Source: a virus. Taken from it: DNA of 64,000 nt. Each line of letters opens with the position of its first letter. Positions within the stretch are counted from its first letter, which is position 1. Shown piece by piece: positions 24,452 to 33,213 of this stretch. A program made the position numbers and the translations under genes. Below the pieces are notes generated by a model. The model was not told where the DNA came from. It did not search any database and saw only the letters and a program-made list of their open reading frames with translations. Where the stretch lies: the IMG/VR virus record IMGVR_UViG_3300047554_000303, positions 27,621 to 91,620 of that record, one strand, 5' to 3'.

Positions 24452-24654
24452 TAGGCCATCTTGCCTTTCACTCGTCGTGCATTTCTGTCGTTCTTACAAC
24501 TATTACAGATGCCTGCGTTGTACATCGCTTGTACAGGGTCCATGACTATTCCACACTGTGGACATGCGCTAGAACCTCTATACAGTGTAGCATTCTGCAT
24601 AACCTTGTATGCCTGTAACTCCATGGTCTCTGAACCGTCACCATCACCGAACAT
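24451..24654 (-). CDS. Small zinc-ribbon protein
   Basis: CPQC...CNSC. Confidence 0.7.
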   Translation of the reverse strand: MFGDGDGSETMELQAYKVMQNATLYRGSSACPQCGIVMDPVQAMYNAGICNSCKNDRNARRVKGKMA

Positions 24655-25727
24655 TACTTGACCTCTCTGTCTCTAATGGCTGGGCTTGGGGCAGTTCTTG
24701 ACATCTTGCTGCCAGCCTTGGCAGGGTTTGGAACACCAGTAGTTTCGTATAAATAATTTAGAACATTGGTTCCGTCTTTAGTGGTCTTGCCACGAAGAGC
24801 TTCTAGTTGGTCTTTGTGAATCTTGCCCTTGGTTTCTAGGTCTGAACGGGCTTTGTTATAGTGCGCCTGTGCACTCATCTTTGGTGCCTTTGGAGGCAGG
24901 CTTGCCAACTTTTCTTCAGCAGGACTTAGGGCTCGTACTGCATTCGTGTTGGTTGGTCCCTTTTCCCTTAAGGCAGCTGGGAGGGTGTGGGGCTGTGGGT
25001 ACTGTATTTCACTTAGGTGAGTAACCCGCCCACGTACGGTTGCTTCAGGAGAAGTGTCTAGCTTTTCTAAGTTACCTGTAGCGCTCTTAGCGGCGGCTAG
25101 TTCTTGGTCAGCTTTATTTGGACCAAGCCTGTAGTTATCCTCAGTCTGGAAACGAGACTTGCCTGCTTTTGGAATAGCGGTTGGCCCGTTTATACCTGCT
25201 ACCTTTATCCGATAGTGGTTAGCCAAGGTATCAGCGTGGGACTTTAAGAATCCCAATGGGTACTGCTGGTTGTCCCCTAGGTGAGTAACGTGGCTTCCCA
25301 GTTTGTTGTTTAGAGTGGAACCTACAGCTTTGAGTTCTTTTGCGGCTAGCTCTAAATGCCCTGCTGCTTGTCCGTAGTCACCGTTGCGGTGAGCGTCAAC
25401 GTGTGCGTTCAGGTGCAGCGAGGCCCTGTGCAGCCCACCGTGCAACTCTGCAATGTCTTTTCTAGGGTGGTCTCCACGGTCTTCCAGCGCATTTACACCG
25501 TGAGACATAACGTCTAGAATATGGTGCATGTGAGTGTCGTGAGGGCTCCACTCATCAGGCTTGGTAGTCAACCTCTTAATACGGTTCATTGCCATAGTGT
25601 CTTCAACAGACTTCGGCTTTAGCGCCGTTGCTTCTCTACGGTCTACCTTAGGGGTTGTTGACTTTGGTTCTGGACGGGGCTTGGCTGTTGCCGCACCTTT
25701 ACCAGTACCTAACATGTTGTACGCCAT
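24654..25727 (-). CDS. Basic, partly disordered protein with His-rich helical module (possible internal virion protein)
   Basis: ORF track; composition. Confidence 0.65.
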   Translation of the reverse strand: MAYNMLGTGKGAATAKPRPEPKSTTPKVDRREATALKPKSVEDTMAMNRIKRLTTKPDEWSPHDTHMHHILDVMSHGVNALEDRGDHPRKDIAELHGGLHRASLHLNAHVDAHRNGDYGQAAGHLELAAKELKAVGSTLNNKLGSHVTHLGDNQQYPLGFLKSHADTLANHYRIKVAGINGPTAIPKAGKSRFQTEDNYRLGPNKADQELAAAKSATGNLEKLDTSPEATVRGRVTHLSEIQYPQPHTLPAALREKGPTNTNAVRALSPAEEKLASLPPKAPKMSAQAHYNKARSDLETKGKIHKDQLEALRGKTTKDGTNVLNYLYETTGVPNPAKAGSKMSRTAPSPAIRDREVK

Positions 25728-26213
25728 TTATTCTCCTTTAAAACGTAGCTGCGGAGTTGACGCCTTCTTCATTCGCTTTGGCTTTGATGGCTTAGGCTTC
25801 TTGGTGGGGGCAGGCGCAATCTGCGAGGAGTCCATTACTAACTCAGGAATAGCGGGCTTGGCCTTTACTCTTTTCTCTCCCTGACGCACCTTATTTACGT
25901 GGCCGACAATCTTCTCAGGGGTTAGAACATTTCCTCTAGTAGTTGTTCTACTTTCGATATCTGTACGAGTCCTGACCTGACGAGCCTTTTCTACAGCTGC
26001 GTTTAGTTCTTCTTGTCTAAATCCACGGCCTTTTACAGCGCGAGGGTGCTCAGGAGCAGCAGCTTCAGCTTTCTCGCGAGAGTTAAGGGTAAATGACTTT
26101 AGCTTTTGGGCTGGAGTAAGTGGTGCTGGGGCTTCAGCTTTAGGGGCTGGAGCTGCGGACATCTCAACAGACTCTTTAATGGCCTGTTCTACTTTGCGCT
26201 TACGGTCTGCCAT
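25728..26213 (-). CDS. Basic low-complexity protein
   Basis: K/P/A-rich. Confidence 0.65.
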   Translation of the reverse strand: MADRKRKVEQAIKESVEMSAAPAPKAEAPAPLTPAQKLKSFTLNSREKAEAAAPEHPRAVKGRGFRQEELNAAVEKARQVRTRTDIESRTTTRGNVLTPEKIVGHVNKVRQGEKRVKAKPAIPELVMDSSQIAPAPTKKPKPSKPKRMKKASTPQLRFKGE

Positions 26214-27547
26214 TACTTCTTATCCTTAGCATTTTTGCGGGATGAGATAAGGGCACGCTTTGCACCTGCGTCGGTGCGCTTTGCAAATGCCCCACGACCA
26301 GGCTTACCCGAAGGAATGTCTGCTGCACGAGGCTTGCCCTCTGGGGCAGGCAATCTGCGAAGACTTGGTCCAGCGTTATCTACTCCTGGACCACCAGTTC
26401 CTTCAGAGCGCTTAGTTGGACCTGTAATGTCTCCCTTAATAGTGCCTGAAGTACGTGTCTCACCGAAACCTGGGGTGCGTCCAATCTTGTTTGCATCAGA
26501 TGAGAACCTAGTGTCAATACGAACACCACGGCCTCTACGCTTAGGGTTGACTGGGGCGTCCTTATCGATACCTGAGATTTGGCCACCTACACCAGTTGGC
26601 AGCTTGTTAATAGGAGCTGCACCCTTTGGTACAATAACCTTATTAATCTGCTCAATAGCGGCATTACGCTTCTTTCTACGGTTAGGGTCACGTAGAGTTC
26701 CCTGTCCTGCCTCAAGCTTCTGAACACCGACATTTTGTCTGCCGCCTACTTCACGTGCTCGGTCAATCAAGTCGTCGTCAATTAAGTGGCCTGGAAGGGT
26801 TCCTCGTCCAAACTTAATCTCTTTAAATGGCTTCTTAGCGCCTGCAACACCCTCTACACCAGTACGAGGTAGCTGGTAAGCCTTGCTTGCTAAGTCAGCA
26901 ATAGCGGAGTCACTTGGGACTTCACCGTTTAAGTGGTGCTTAGCTAGCTCCGTGTGCACTCCTGAGCCAACGATGGCCTCGTGTGCCGAAGCGAGGTGCT
27001 GAGCAGCATCCTGCAAATGTCCGTGAACAGCATTACGGTCTAGAGTATTGCTCCACTTGTATGGGTTTGGCTCATCTTCACGACCAACCTTGGCTGCTGC
27101 AATTGCGTTTCTGTGAGAGGCTAGTGCGTTGCTCAAGTGGAAACGAGCAGTGTCAATTGCTGCCTTGTGGTCTTCCGACAGGCTCTTTACTGATGCAGCA
27201 TTGTTTAGAAGGGTTTGATACTTTGTAATGTGACCTTCTAGTTGCATACCTACTTGCTGAGAAGAAGGGCGAGGTCCCTCAGCAGCACCACGTGCTGCAG
27301 TTGGGATGACAGACTCTCGCTTTGGAGGCTTTGGAGCCTTGACCTTTGCTGGCTTACCAGGGGCTTCGCTCTCTACGATAGTCTCTTTAGCCATGATGCC
27401 CTGTTCCCGCTCTTTGTCGGTAACACTGTCTGCCGCTGTGACTCTGCGGACTGGCATGATTCTAGGCTCTGGACCTGCGCTCGGCTGAATGATTCCAATG
27501 TCTTTGTTACCCTCGGTTCGGCCTGTTTCGAAGTGCTCTACACCCAT
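26213..27547 (-). CDS. Basic, partly disordered protein with His-rich helical module
   Basis: ORF track; composition. Confidence 0.65.
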   Translation of the reverse strand: MGVEHFETGRTEGNKDIGIIQPSAGPEPRIMPVRRVTAADSVTDKEREQGIMAKETIVESEAPGKPAKVKAPKPPKRESVIPTAARGAAEGPRPSSQQVGMQLEGHITKYQTLLNNAASVKSLSEDHKAAIDTARFHLSNALASHRNAIAAAKVGREDEPNPYKWSNTLDRNAVHGHLQDAAQHLASAHEAIVGSGVHTELAKHHLNGEVPSDSAIADLASKAYQLPRTGVEGVAGAKKPFKEIKFGRGTLPGHLIDDDLIDRAREVGGRQNVGVQKLEAGQGTLRDPNRRKKRNAAIEQINKVIVPKGAAPINKLPTGVGGQISGIDKDAPVNPKRRGRGVRIDTRFSSDANKIGRTPGFGETRTSGTIKGDITGPTKRSEGTGGPGVDNAGPSLRRLPAPEGKPRAADIPSGKPGRGAFAKRTDAGAKRALISSRKNAKDKK

Positions 27548-27556
27548 GTTCTATCC

Positions 27557-27919
27557 TTAAATATCCTGAAGACTATTGCGAGAAGCCCCTGAGTAGCCGC
27601 CAACTCCTCCTGAATACCAAGAAACTCTTGGTTCAGTGTACACTCTGTCGACGCTTACCACATCGTCAATTGTGGGCTGCGTGCGCTCTCCAAACCCGAA
27701 TCGACCAGGGAACAAACGGATTTGAGGAAGCGGAGGGCGTACCTTTTCCTGTAATACTTTTCCAGGCATAGTGGCGACCATTAGCGCCTGTTGAGTTAAC
27801 CTGGACTCGTTACTGGCCCAAGGGCCATCGTAAGTCCAGCGAGGCTGTACTACATCGCTTGGCTCACCTGTGCGCCAAGGCTTCGTGTAGTCGTATACGC
27901 CATCAACATTCTGTGGCAT
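27557..27919 (-). CDS. Hypothetical protein
   Basis: GGAGG RBS. Confidence 0.7.
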   Translation of the reverse strand: MPQNVDGVYDYTKPWRTGEPSDVVQPRWTYDGPWASNESRLTQQALMVATMPGKVLQEKVRPPLPQIRLFPGRFGFGERTQPTIDDVVSVDRVYTEPRVSWYSGGVGGYSGASRNSLQDI

Positions 27920-27920
27920 A

Positions 27921-28448
27921 CTACCTCCAAACAGGCTTTAAATACGAGAGTTGGTCTGCTCTGCGGACGTTGATAGTGCCTGGAGAGTCAGACCTCATGT
28001 TGGCCTTACCGTCGTTTACAAGGTGAGGCGCTGGAGTTAGCTGCCACTGTGGGGACTGACGTAGAGCACGGTATACACCTGCTTTATCATCGTATACAGC
28101 TCTCATCTGACGCTTTAGGCCCATCTGGTCATTGAACTCTGGGGACCAGAAGTACGACGACGCCTCAATGCGCTCACCTTTGTGGACACCACGTTGGTAA
28201 GACTTTTGACCTACTCTTGACTTGATGCTATCCAACAGGCGGTCATCACGACGCGAGCGGATAGTGCCCAAATACCCGTCTGGATATTCGGCTGACGGTA
28301 CCCTACCTGTTCCGATACGGATAGCATCAAGGTCTGAGCGTGCGACACCGCCACCGTAGCCACCTTGGTTGTTATAGCCGTTTAGACCATTAGCACCAAG
28401 GGACTGCCAGTTTTGGTTGGGGGCAAAAGAGTTGTAATCTCCAGGCAT
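27921..28448 (-). CDS. Hypothetical protein
   Basis: AEYPDGYLGTIRSRRDDRL...YQRGVHKGERI. Confidence 0.7.
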   Translation of the reverse strand: MPGDYNSFAPNQNWQSLGANGLNGYNNQGGYGGGVARSDLDAIRIGTGRVPSAEYPDGYLGTIRSRRDDRLLDSIKSRVGQKSYQRGVHKGERIEASSYFWSPEFNDQMGLKRQMRAVYDDKAGVYRALRQSPQWQLTPAPHLVNDGKANMRSDSPGTINVRRADQLSYLKPVWR

Positions 28449-28714
28449 TAGACCTCCATACCAGGCAAACGGCCCATCTCAGAGCGAGCTCCAAGAAGGC
28501 TAGTGCCTGTGTCAGAGCTAAGCGCTAGTGGCTTGTCTGGGGACAGTGCCTTCGATTCAAACACGAACGATGTTGAACTGCGGTTACCCGACTGCAAACC
28601 AGCGCCACCACTGGTTGGACCAGAGTGGTGCTGCATTCCGTCAATAGCGGAGAAGTCAGGCTGCGAAGTTACTCCGTAGCGCTGAGCTAGTGAAAAGGCT
28701 GAGTGCCCATTCAT
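28448..28714 (-). CDS. Hypothetical protein
   Basis: AGGAG RBS. Confidence 0.65.
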   Translation of the reverse strand: MNGHSAFSLAQRYGVTSQPDFSAIDGMQHHSGPTSGGAGLQSGNRSSTSFVFESKALSPDKPLALSSDTGTSLLGARSEMGRLPGMEV

Positions 28715-28722
28715 GGCGACTC

Positions 28723-29178
28723 CTAGTACTGGTCGCTAATTGCGCCTCGGAAGTCAGGGTTCTGACGGCCCTGTACTGATGGAATGACACGAGCGTTAGC
28801 CATGGTTGGGCCTGCTACTGGGTCAACAGTTGGGGTGTAAGGAACCGAGACACGGTAAGAAGCACCTAGGGTCTCCTGAGAAACGTTGGAACGGACAGCC
28901 TGACCACCTGCGGTAGGGTCACCTGCCTGTACGTTCTTCTTGGAAACTAGAGTGCCCTTCTGTGGGGCGTTCTGCTCTGGGGACATCACCTCGTGAGGAG
29001 TGTCGATTGCACCCTCACCTAGGGCGATTCGTGGGCTGTTCTGGCCTTTTGCCATGTCGTACTGCTCCTCAGCGGTATCGTGGTCTCTTCCTGTTGACGG
29101 ACCTGCCGACTCTAGGTGGTTGGATGGGGCTCCAAGGCGACGACGCATTGCGTGTCCCATGTCAGTCCACTTACCCAT
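28723..29178 (-). CDS. Hypothetical protein
   Basis: AAGGAG RBS. Confidence 0.65.
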   Translation of the reverse strand: MGKWTDMGHAMRRRLGAPSNHLESAGPSTGRDHDTAEEQYDMAKGQNSPRIALGEGAIDTPHEVMSPEQNAPQKGTLVSKKNVQAGDPTAGGQAVRSNVSQETLGASYRVSVPYTPTVDPVAGPTMANARVIPSVQGRQNPDFRGAISDQY

Positions 29179-29221
29179 AAAGACTCCTTAAAATAATTTG
29201 TAATACCAGAATACGGCGAAT

Positions 29222-29515
29222 TTAGCTCGCTGTAATGGTAAAGATGATTGCGCTAATCTCGCCATCGTGGGACGTGATTGTAGTGAATCCAGGCTTGCAA
29301 GTGAGGTCTAGACCACGAGGAGCGGCATATCCACGAGCAATTGCGATAGCTTTTACAGCCTGGTTTACTGCGCCTGCACCTACGGCACGTAGCTTGACAA
29401 TCCTGTTGTCGTAAACTGCGTGTGCAATAGCGGATGCTACGGATTGTGGGTTAGAGCCTGCGGATACCCTTAGGAATGGTTCTTCGGCTGAGGGAGTTGT
29501 TTCGATGTCAGTCAA
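29222..29515 (-). CDS. spoVS: SpoVS-family (Alba-like fold) protein
   Basis: LRVSAGSNPQSVASAIA...AVGAGAVNQAVKAIAIARGY...PGF. Confidence 0.92.
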   Translation of the reverse strand: MTDIETTPSAEEPFLRVSAGSNPQSVASAIAHAVYDNRIVKLRAVGAGAVNQAVKAIAIARGYAAPRGLDLTCKPGFTTITSHDGEISAIIFTITAS

Positions 29516-29578
29516 TTTGTGTACCTTTGTTGTCGTATTAGTGTGCCGTCCTCAACAACAATGGTGACAGAAAAAGGT

Positions 29579-30178
29579 CTAGTTGTCCCGATATTTAGGG
29601 TCTTTTATTTGTTCTACGATAGTTTTCTCTACGGCGTCTGTGGCAATACCTGCAGCCAGACGAGCTAGGGCGTAAGAGTCTGCGGCGTTGTCATCATTGA
29701 ACTCAATCCCCCAGCGCTTATAAATCTGCATCAGCATCTCTTGCTTCTTAGCAGTGCCTTTGCCTGTTGCGTACTTCTTTAAGGTCATTGGGGGAATCTG
29801 CAGCGGAGTCCTAAGGTGCTCCTCGTAGGGAATGGCACTGTACAGGTTGCCATCAAAATAGTCCCAGATAGTCAGCTTTACTAACCCAGCCAGCTCTCCA
29901 AGCTTCAGGGCGGAATGAGATGCAAGAACAGTGCCTTCCATGGCAATGCCTGTTACTCTGCAACTTTGCTTATCTAAAAAGTCAAACTTATCCATCATCC
30001 ACCAGCGGATGTCTGCCAACCTTTTGACTCCGTGCTTTGGGGACTTATAAACCCACGTCTCATAACACTCTGGTTTATCTGTGTTTAGGGCGGTCATAGC
30101 AAACCCAGTTAGCGACTGGTCAATCCCCACCGCAACTTTTCCTGGGAGCAACCCACCGTCAAACACTTTCTCAGACAC
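29579..30178 (-). CDS. ruvC: RuvC-like Holliday junction resolvase
   Basis: VGIDQS, AMEG, KKYATGKGTAKK, DNAADSYAL. Confidence 0.85.
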   Translation of the reverse strand: MSEKVFDGGLLPGKVAVGIDQSLTGFAMTALNTDKPECYETWVYKSPKHGVKRLADIRWWMMDKFDFLDKQSCRVTGIAMEGTVLASHSALKLGELAGLVKLTIWDYFDGNLYSAIPYEEHLRTPLQIPPMTLKKYATGKGTAKKQEMLMQIYKRWGIEFNDDNAADSYALARLAAGIATDAVEKTIVEQIKDPKYRDN

Positions 30179-30719
30179 GCGCTACCTCTGGTAACTTAGA
30201 CATCTCATTCAACCCAGCTATAGGCACACTGTAATTGTTAACTCCATAAGGGGCTTTGTACTTCTCTTGTATACAGTCTTTCCCGTACGCCCAGCCCACC
30301 GCTCTGAAGGGAGGGGTGCGGTAGCCTTCGCTGGCACTTCTTCGGGTCTTCTGCTCTGGCCCACCAACAATCAAAATGTAAATTTGGTCTGGGTCATCGA
30401 CGCCGTCTTTATACCTCAGAGTGTACTTAGGGAGTTCTGGGTCACGCTTAGAAAAGGAGTACCTAATCTCATAGCCAGGAATGTCTAGCTTGTTTTTAAA
30501 GGTATTAACGTGTGGAACAAAGTCAGTTAGCCCAAACATACGAGCAGCGGCTAGCTCGGAAGCAGCCGCAATCATGTGCTGCCATGCCTCCCAGATGTCG
30601 CCTTCGGAGTAGTTGCGGTTACGCTCTGGCTGTCCCAACATAGGAAGCTGGCGCTCCCAGCCTACCCGTGCTGCAATAGCCTCTTCTTGAGGCGTAAGGG
30701 AGTATACCCAAGTATTAAT
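30171..30719 (-). CDS. Hypothetical (possibly nuclease-fold) protein with probable ATT start
   Basis: Frame stays open 26 codons upstream of the tracked ATG, to an ATT 5 nt after AGGAGG. Confidence 0.6.
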   Translation of the reverse strand: MNTWVYSLTPQEEAIAARVGWERQLPMLGQPERNRNYSEGDIWEAWQHMIAAASELAAARMFGLTDFVPHVNTFKNKLDIPGYEIRYSFSKRDPELPKYTLRYKDGVDDPDQIYILIVGGPEQKTRRSASEGYRTPPFRAVGWAYGKDCIQEKYKAPYGVNNYSVPIAGLNEMSKLPEVARV

Positions 30720-30737
30720 AGTGCCCTCCTATTTACT

Positions 30738-31007
30738 TTAAGCAGCGGCTGCTGACTTCTTAGCTTCGTCGCCGTGAATCTGCTTGACTAGGTTCTGGAT
30801 AGCGCCTAGACGGAATCCCGACCAGTGCTGGTCACCTGCCACCACAACAGGAGCTGCACTGTAACCTAGCTCTTTAGTAACGTACTCCATAGCCTCTGCG
30901 TCTGCGGAAAGGTCTACGATGTCGTAGTTAATCTTGCCTCTAGTCAGGGTCTTCTTGGTCATATCGCACTGTGGACATGTTGGCGTGGTGTATACAGTAA
31001 CCTGCAT
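30738..31007 (-). CDS. nrdH: NrdH-like glutaredoxin
   Basis: VTVYT..CPQC...APVV...HWSGFR. Confidence 0.92.
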   Translation of the reverse strand: MQVTVYTTPTCPQCDMTKKTLTRGKINYDIVDLSADAEAMEYVTKELGYSAAPVVVAGDQHWSGFRLGAIQNLVKQIHGDEAKKSAAAA

Positions 31008-31048
31008 TTGGGGTCTCCTAGAGGGAAAAATGGACAATGAGTTCTCCA

Positions 31049-31513
31049 TTATAGAGACCATTCTTTTCTAGTTGACCTCAAATCATTTGACCTTCTGGTC
31101 AGTTCTCTGCTAACAAGGGCAATGTCACGCTCATAGTTAGCCAGCATCATCTCTACTAGCTTTCTATAAGCGTACTTATCCTCATAATCTTGCGCTAAGT
31201 CCAGCACATCTTGGTCAGTAGCAATCTGTGCCTTGACTAAAGTGATGCGCTCGCCTTTAACAGCAGTGCCCATTTTACGGACTAATAGAGTGTTCTCTAG
31301 CAGGTCTAGCTTACGCTGGGCAGAGCGTTCTTCAATCTGAGCTACAGCCAACTGAGTTGCTGCGTAGTCTGCCCATGCTGTTAGAACGGTAAACTTTTCG
31401 CCCAACTGTTCGCTGGACAAAGCGGTGATGTCGCTTGGCAGTGACCCTACGTCCATGGTTGGACGATTGATGCTAAGCCCAAGCTCTTGTAGTTTAGAGA
31501 CTGCGTCTGACAT
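31049..31513 (-). CDS. Helical protein, possible UvsY-like recombination mediator
   Basis: All-helical; lies in the recombination block. Confidence 0.4.
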   Translation of the reverse strand: MSDAVSKLQELGLSINRPTMDVGSLPSDITALSSEQLGEKFTVLTAWADYAATQLAVAQIEERSAQRKLDLLENTLLVRKMGTAVKGERITLVKAQIATDQDVLDLAQDYEDKYAYRKLVEMMLANYERDIALVSRELTRRSNDLRSTRKEWSL

Positions 31514-32356
31514 TTATTCCTCGTATCCCTCACACTGCTTGCAGGTTCCGCCTACGTTGTTGTTGCAACGAGGTGCTACACCTTCTTCTACAGAGTTTAT
31601 AACCTTCTCGGCCTTTTCAAAGATGTGCTTTACCAGCTCATAGTCAGCTCTGATGGTGAACTCTTTGTAGTCTTGGTCAGCCTTCAGCTCATACAAGAAC
31701 ACAATCTCATTTACTTCGTGCCCCATGCGCTTCATCAGCTCTAGGTACATCTGGCCCTGCAGCAAGTGAGAGCGGAATGGACGGCGCACGTTTCTCCATG
31801 CAGCCATGAAGTCCTGCCCTGCCTCAAACAAGTCTGGTGCTTCGGAACGAATCGTTCCTGGACCAATTGACTTAATCTCAATCAGACAGTCGTCGCCAAT
31901 TCCCTTAATCCAACCGTCAGTGTGCCCTGCAATACGTAGGTCTTCATCTACCAGAGTTACTTCAGCGTATTCTAGGTCGTTGTGGTTGCAGTGCTCACAG
32001 TTGCTAGGGGAAGTTCCCCAGGTAATCTGACCGCAGGATAGGCACTTAAACTTGCCGTGCAAGTTGCCCATCTCGTAAAACCAGTTCTGCCACTTAGCGT
32101 GAATAGCGTGGCCTTCGTCAAAGATAGACTGCAAGCGAAGGTTTGGCTTCTCTTGAATCTTCTTGTGACCACGTAGAAGGAAGTAAGAAGCACGAAGGCA
32201 CCAGTCCTTCTTGATAATCTCAGAAGGGTGTAACACGTCTGTACGACGGTCTCCCACAGGTCTTGATAATAGGTGACGCTCAATGTGCCCCACAAGGCGG
32301 TGCTTCTGCCTTGTTGCGTCCAAGAATTTCTTTAGGTCTGACTTTACTACACTCAT
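31514..32356 (-). CDS. Cas4-like PD-(D/E)xK exonuclease
   Basis: LHPSE...C, GHTDG...IEIKS, Q.QMY, C-terminal C...C..C. Confidence 0.85.
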   Translation of the reverse strand: MSVVKSDLKKFLDATRQKHRLVGHIERHLLSRPVGDRRTDVLHPSEIIKKDWCLRASYFLLRGHKKIQEKPNLRLQSIFDEGHAIHAKWQNWFYEMGNLHGKFKCLSCGQITWGTSPSNCEHCNHNDLEYAEVTLVDEDLRIAGHTDGWIKGIGDDCLIEIKSIGPGTIRSEAPDLFEAGQDFMAAWRNVRRPFRSHLLQGQMYLELMKRMGHEVNEIVFLYELKADQDYKEFTIRADYELVKHIFEKAEKVINSVEEGVAPRCNNNVGGTCKQCEGYEE

Positions 32357-32694
32357 ACTGCCCTCTCCCGCTCTTTAAAGATGAAGTCCTTTAACGACAT
32401 CTTATGCCTATATTCCTTTTGATACTTTCGTACCAAGGCGTTTCGTTCTCTGTGGGATAGCCCTCCCCAGATACCGTGCTGCTCTTCAGTTATTACGGCT
32501 TCCCACAGACAGTGCGCTCTAACAGGGCAAGGGTTGTTTCCCTTAGGACCATTACAGTACTCTTTGGCTGAAGCCGCTATTTTGTTGTATAAATCTTTGT
32601 CACGTGGTGGGTAGAAGATTTCGGTGTCTGCATCGGCGCACCTTGCTTCCGCCCTCCATTCCGTACTTAAACGGTAAGGCTCGTTAATTATCAC
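32353..32694 (-). CDS. whiB: WhiB-family transcription factor
   Basis: W...ARC...FYP...AKEYC...CPV...C...GIWGGLS.RER. Confidence 0.92.
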   Translation of the reverse strand: MIINEPYRLSTEWRAEARCADADTEIFYPPRDKDLYNKIAASAKEYCNGPKGNNPCPVRAHCLWEAVITEEQHGIWGGLSHRERNALVRKYQKEYRHKMSLKDFIFKERERAV

Positions 32695-32998
32695 GTTTCT
32701 GAACTAGCTCCAACAGGTCGGTCTCTAACATAACTACGTAGTCCTCCCCGTCCAAGTGCAGTCCAAATACAGGCATACGCCCATCCATGATTGCCTCAGT
32801 CGTTATCTTTTTGAGTTCTGCTGATTGAATTGTCTTGGACTTTTTGCCCGTCCACTTGTGTTCAATCAATAACTCTTCTGACCTCACATCGCCTTTGCGC
32901 GACCAGAACGCTCCAGAAGCCGCAGTACGAGAACCGCCAATAGCTTTCGCTAGACGATTCTCGTGCTTGCGGGATTCCTTCTGACCTTCAGACCTCAT
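32684..32998 (-). CDS. Hjc-like Holliday junction resolvase/endonuclease
   Basis: HE.RLA...SGA...GDV...IEHK. Confidence 0.75.
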   Translation of the reverse strand: MRSEGQKESRKHENRLAKAIGGSRTAASGAFWSRKGDVRSEELLIEHKWTGKKSKTIQSAELKKITTEAIMDGRMPVFGLHLDGEDYVVMLETDLLELVQKRDN

Positions 32999-33213
32999 TA
33001 CCGAGTAGCTTTCTCCACTACGACCATGGCAATTTGAAGACCAAATGCTTGTGGGCTAGTAACAGCCCTGCTCTTCTGAACTTCTAGCTCACGAAGAATC
33101 TCAATGCGCAGCTCTTCTGCGCCTTCCTTGCGAAGCTCCTCTTTCTGAGCCTCTACAAACTCGTCGTATAGAGCTTCCTGCTCAGCTAATGACAGCTCGT
33201 TCATCTTAGCCAT
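32998..33213 (-). CDS. Hypothetical protein
   Basis: ORF track. Confidence 0.65.
   Translation of the reverse strand: MAKMNELSLAEQEALYDEFVEAQKEELRKEGAEELRIEILRELEVQKSRAVTSPQAFGLQIAMVVVEKATR

Noticed and set aside
31514-32356. CRISPR-Cas adaptation module
   Set aside because: Solo Cas4-like nuclease in a recombination block, with no cas1/cas2 or array
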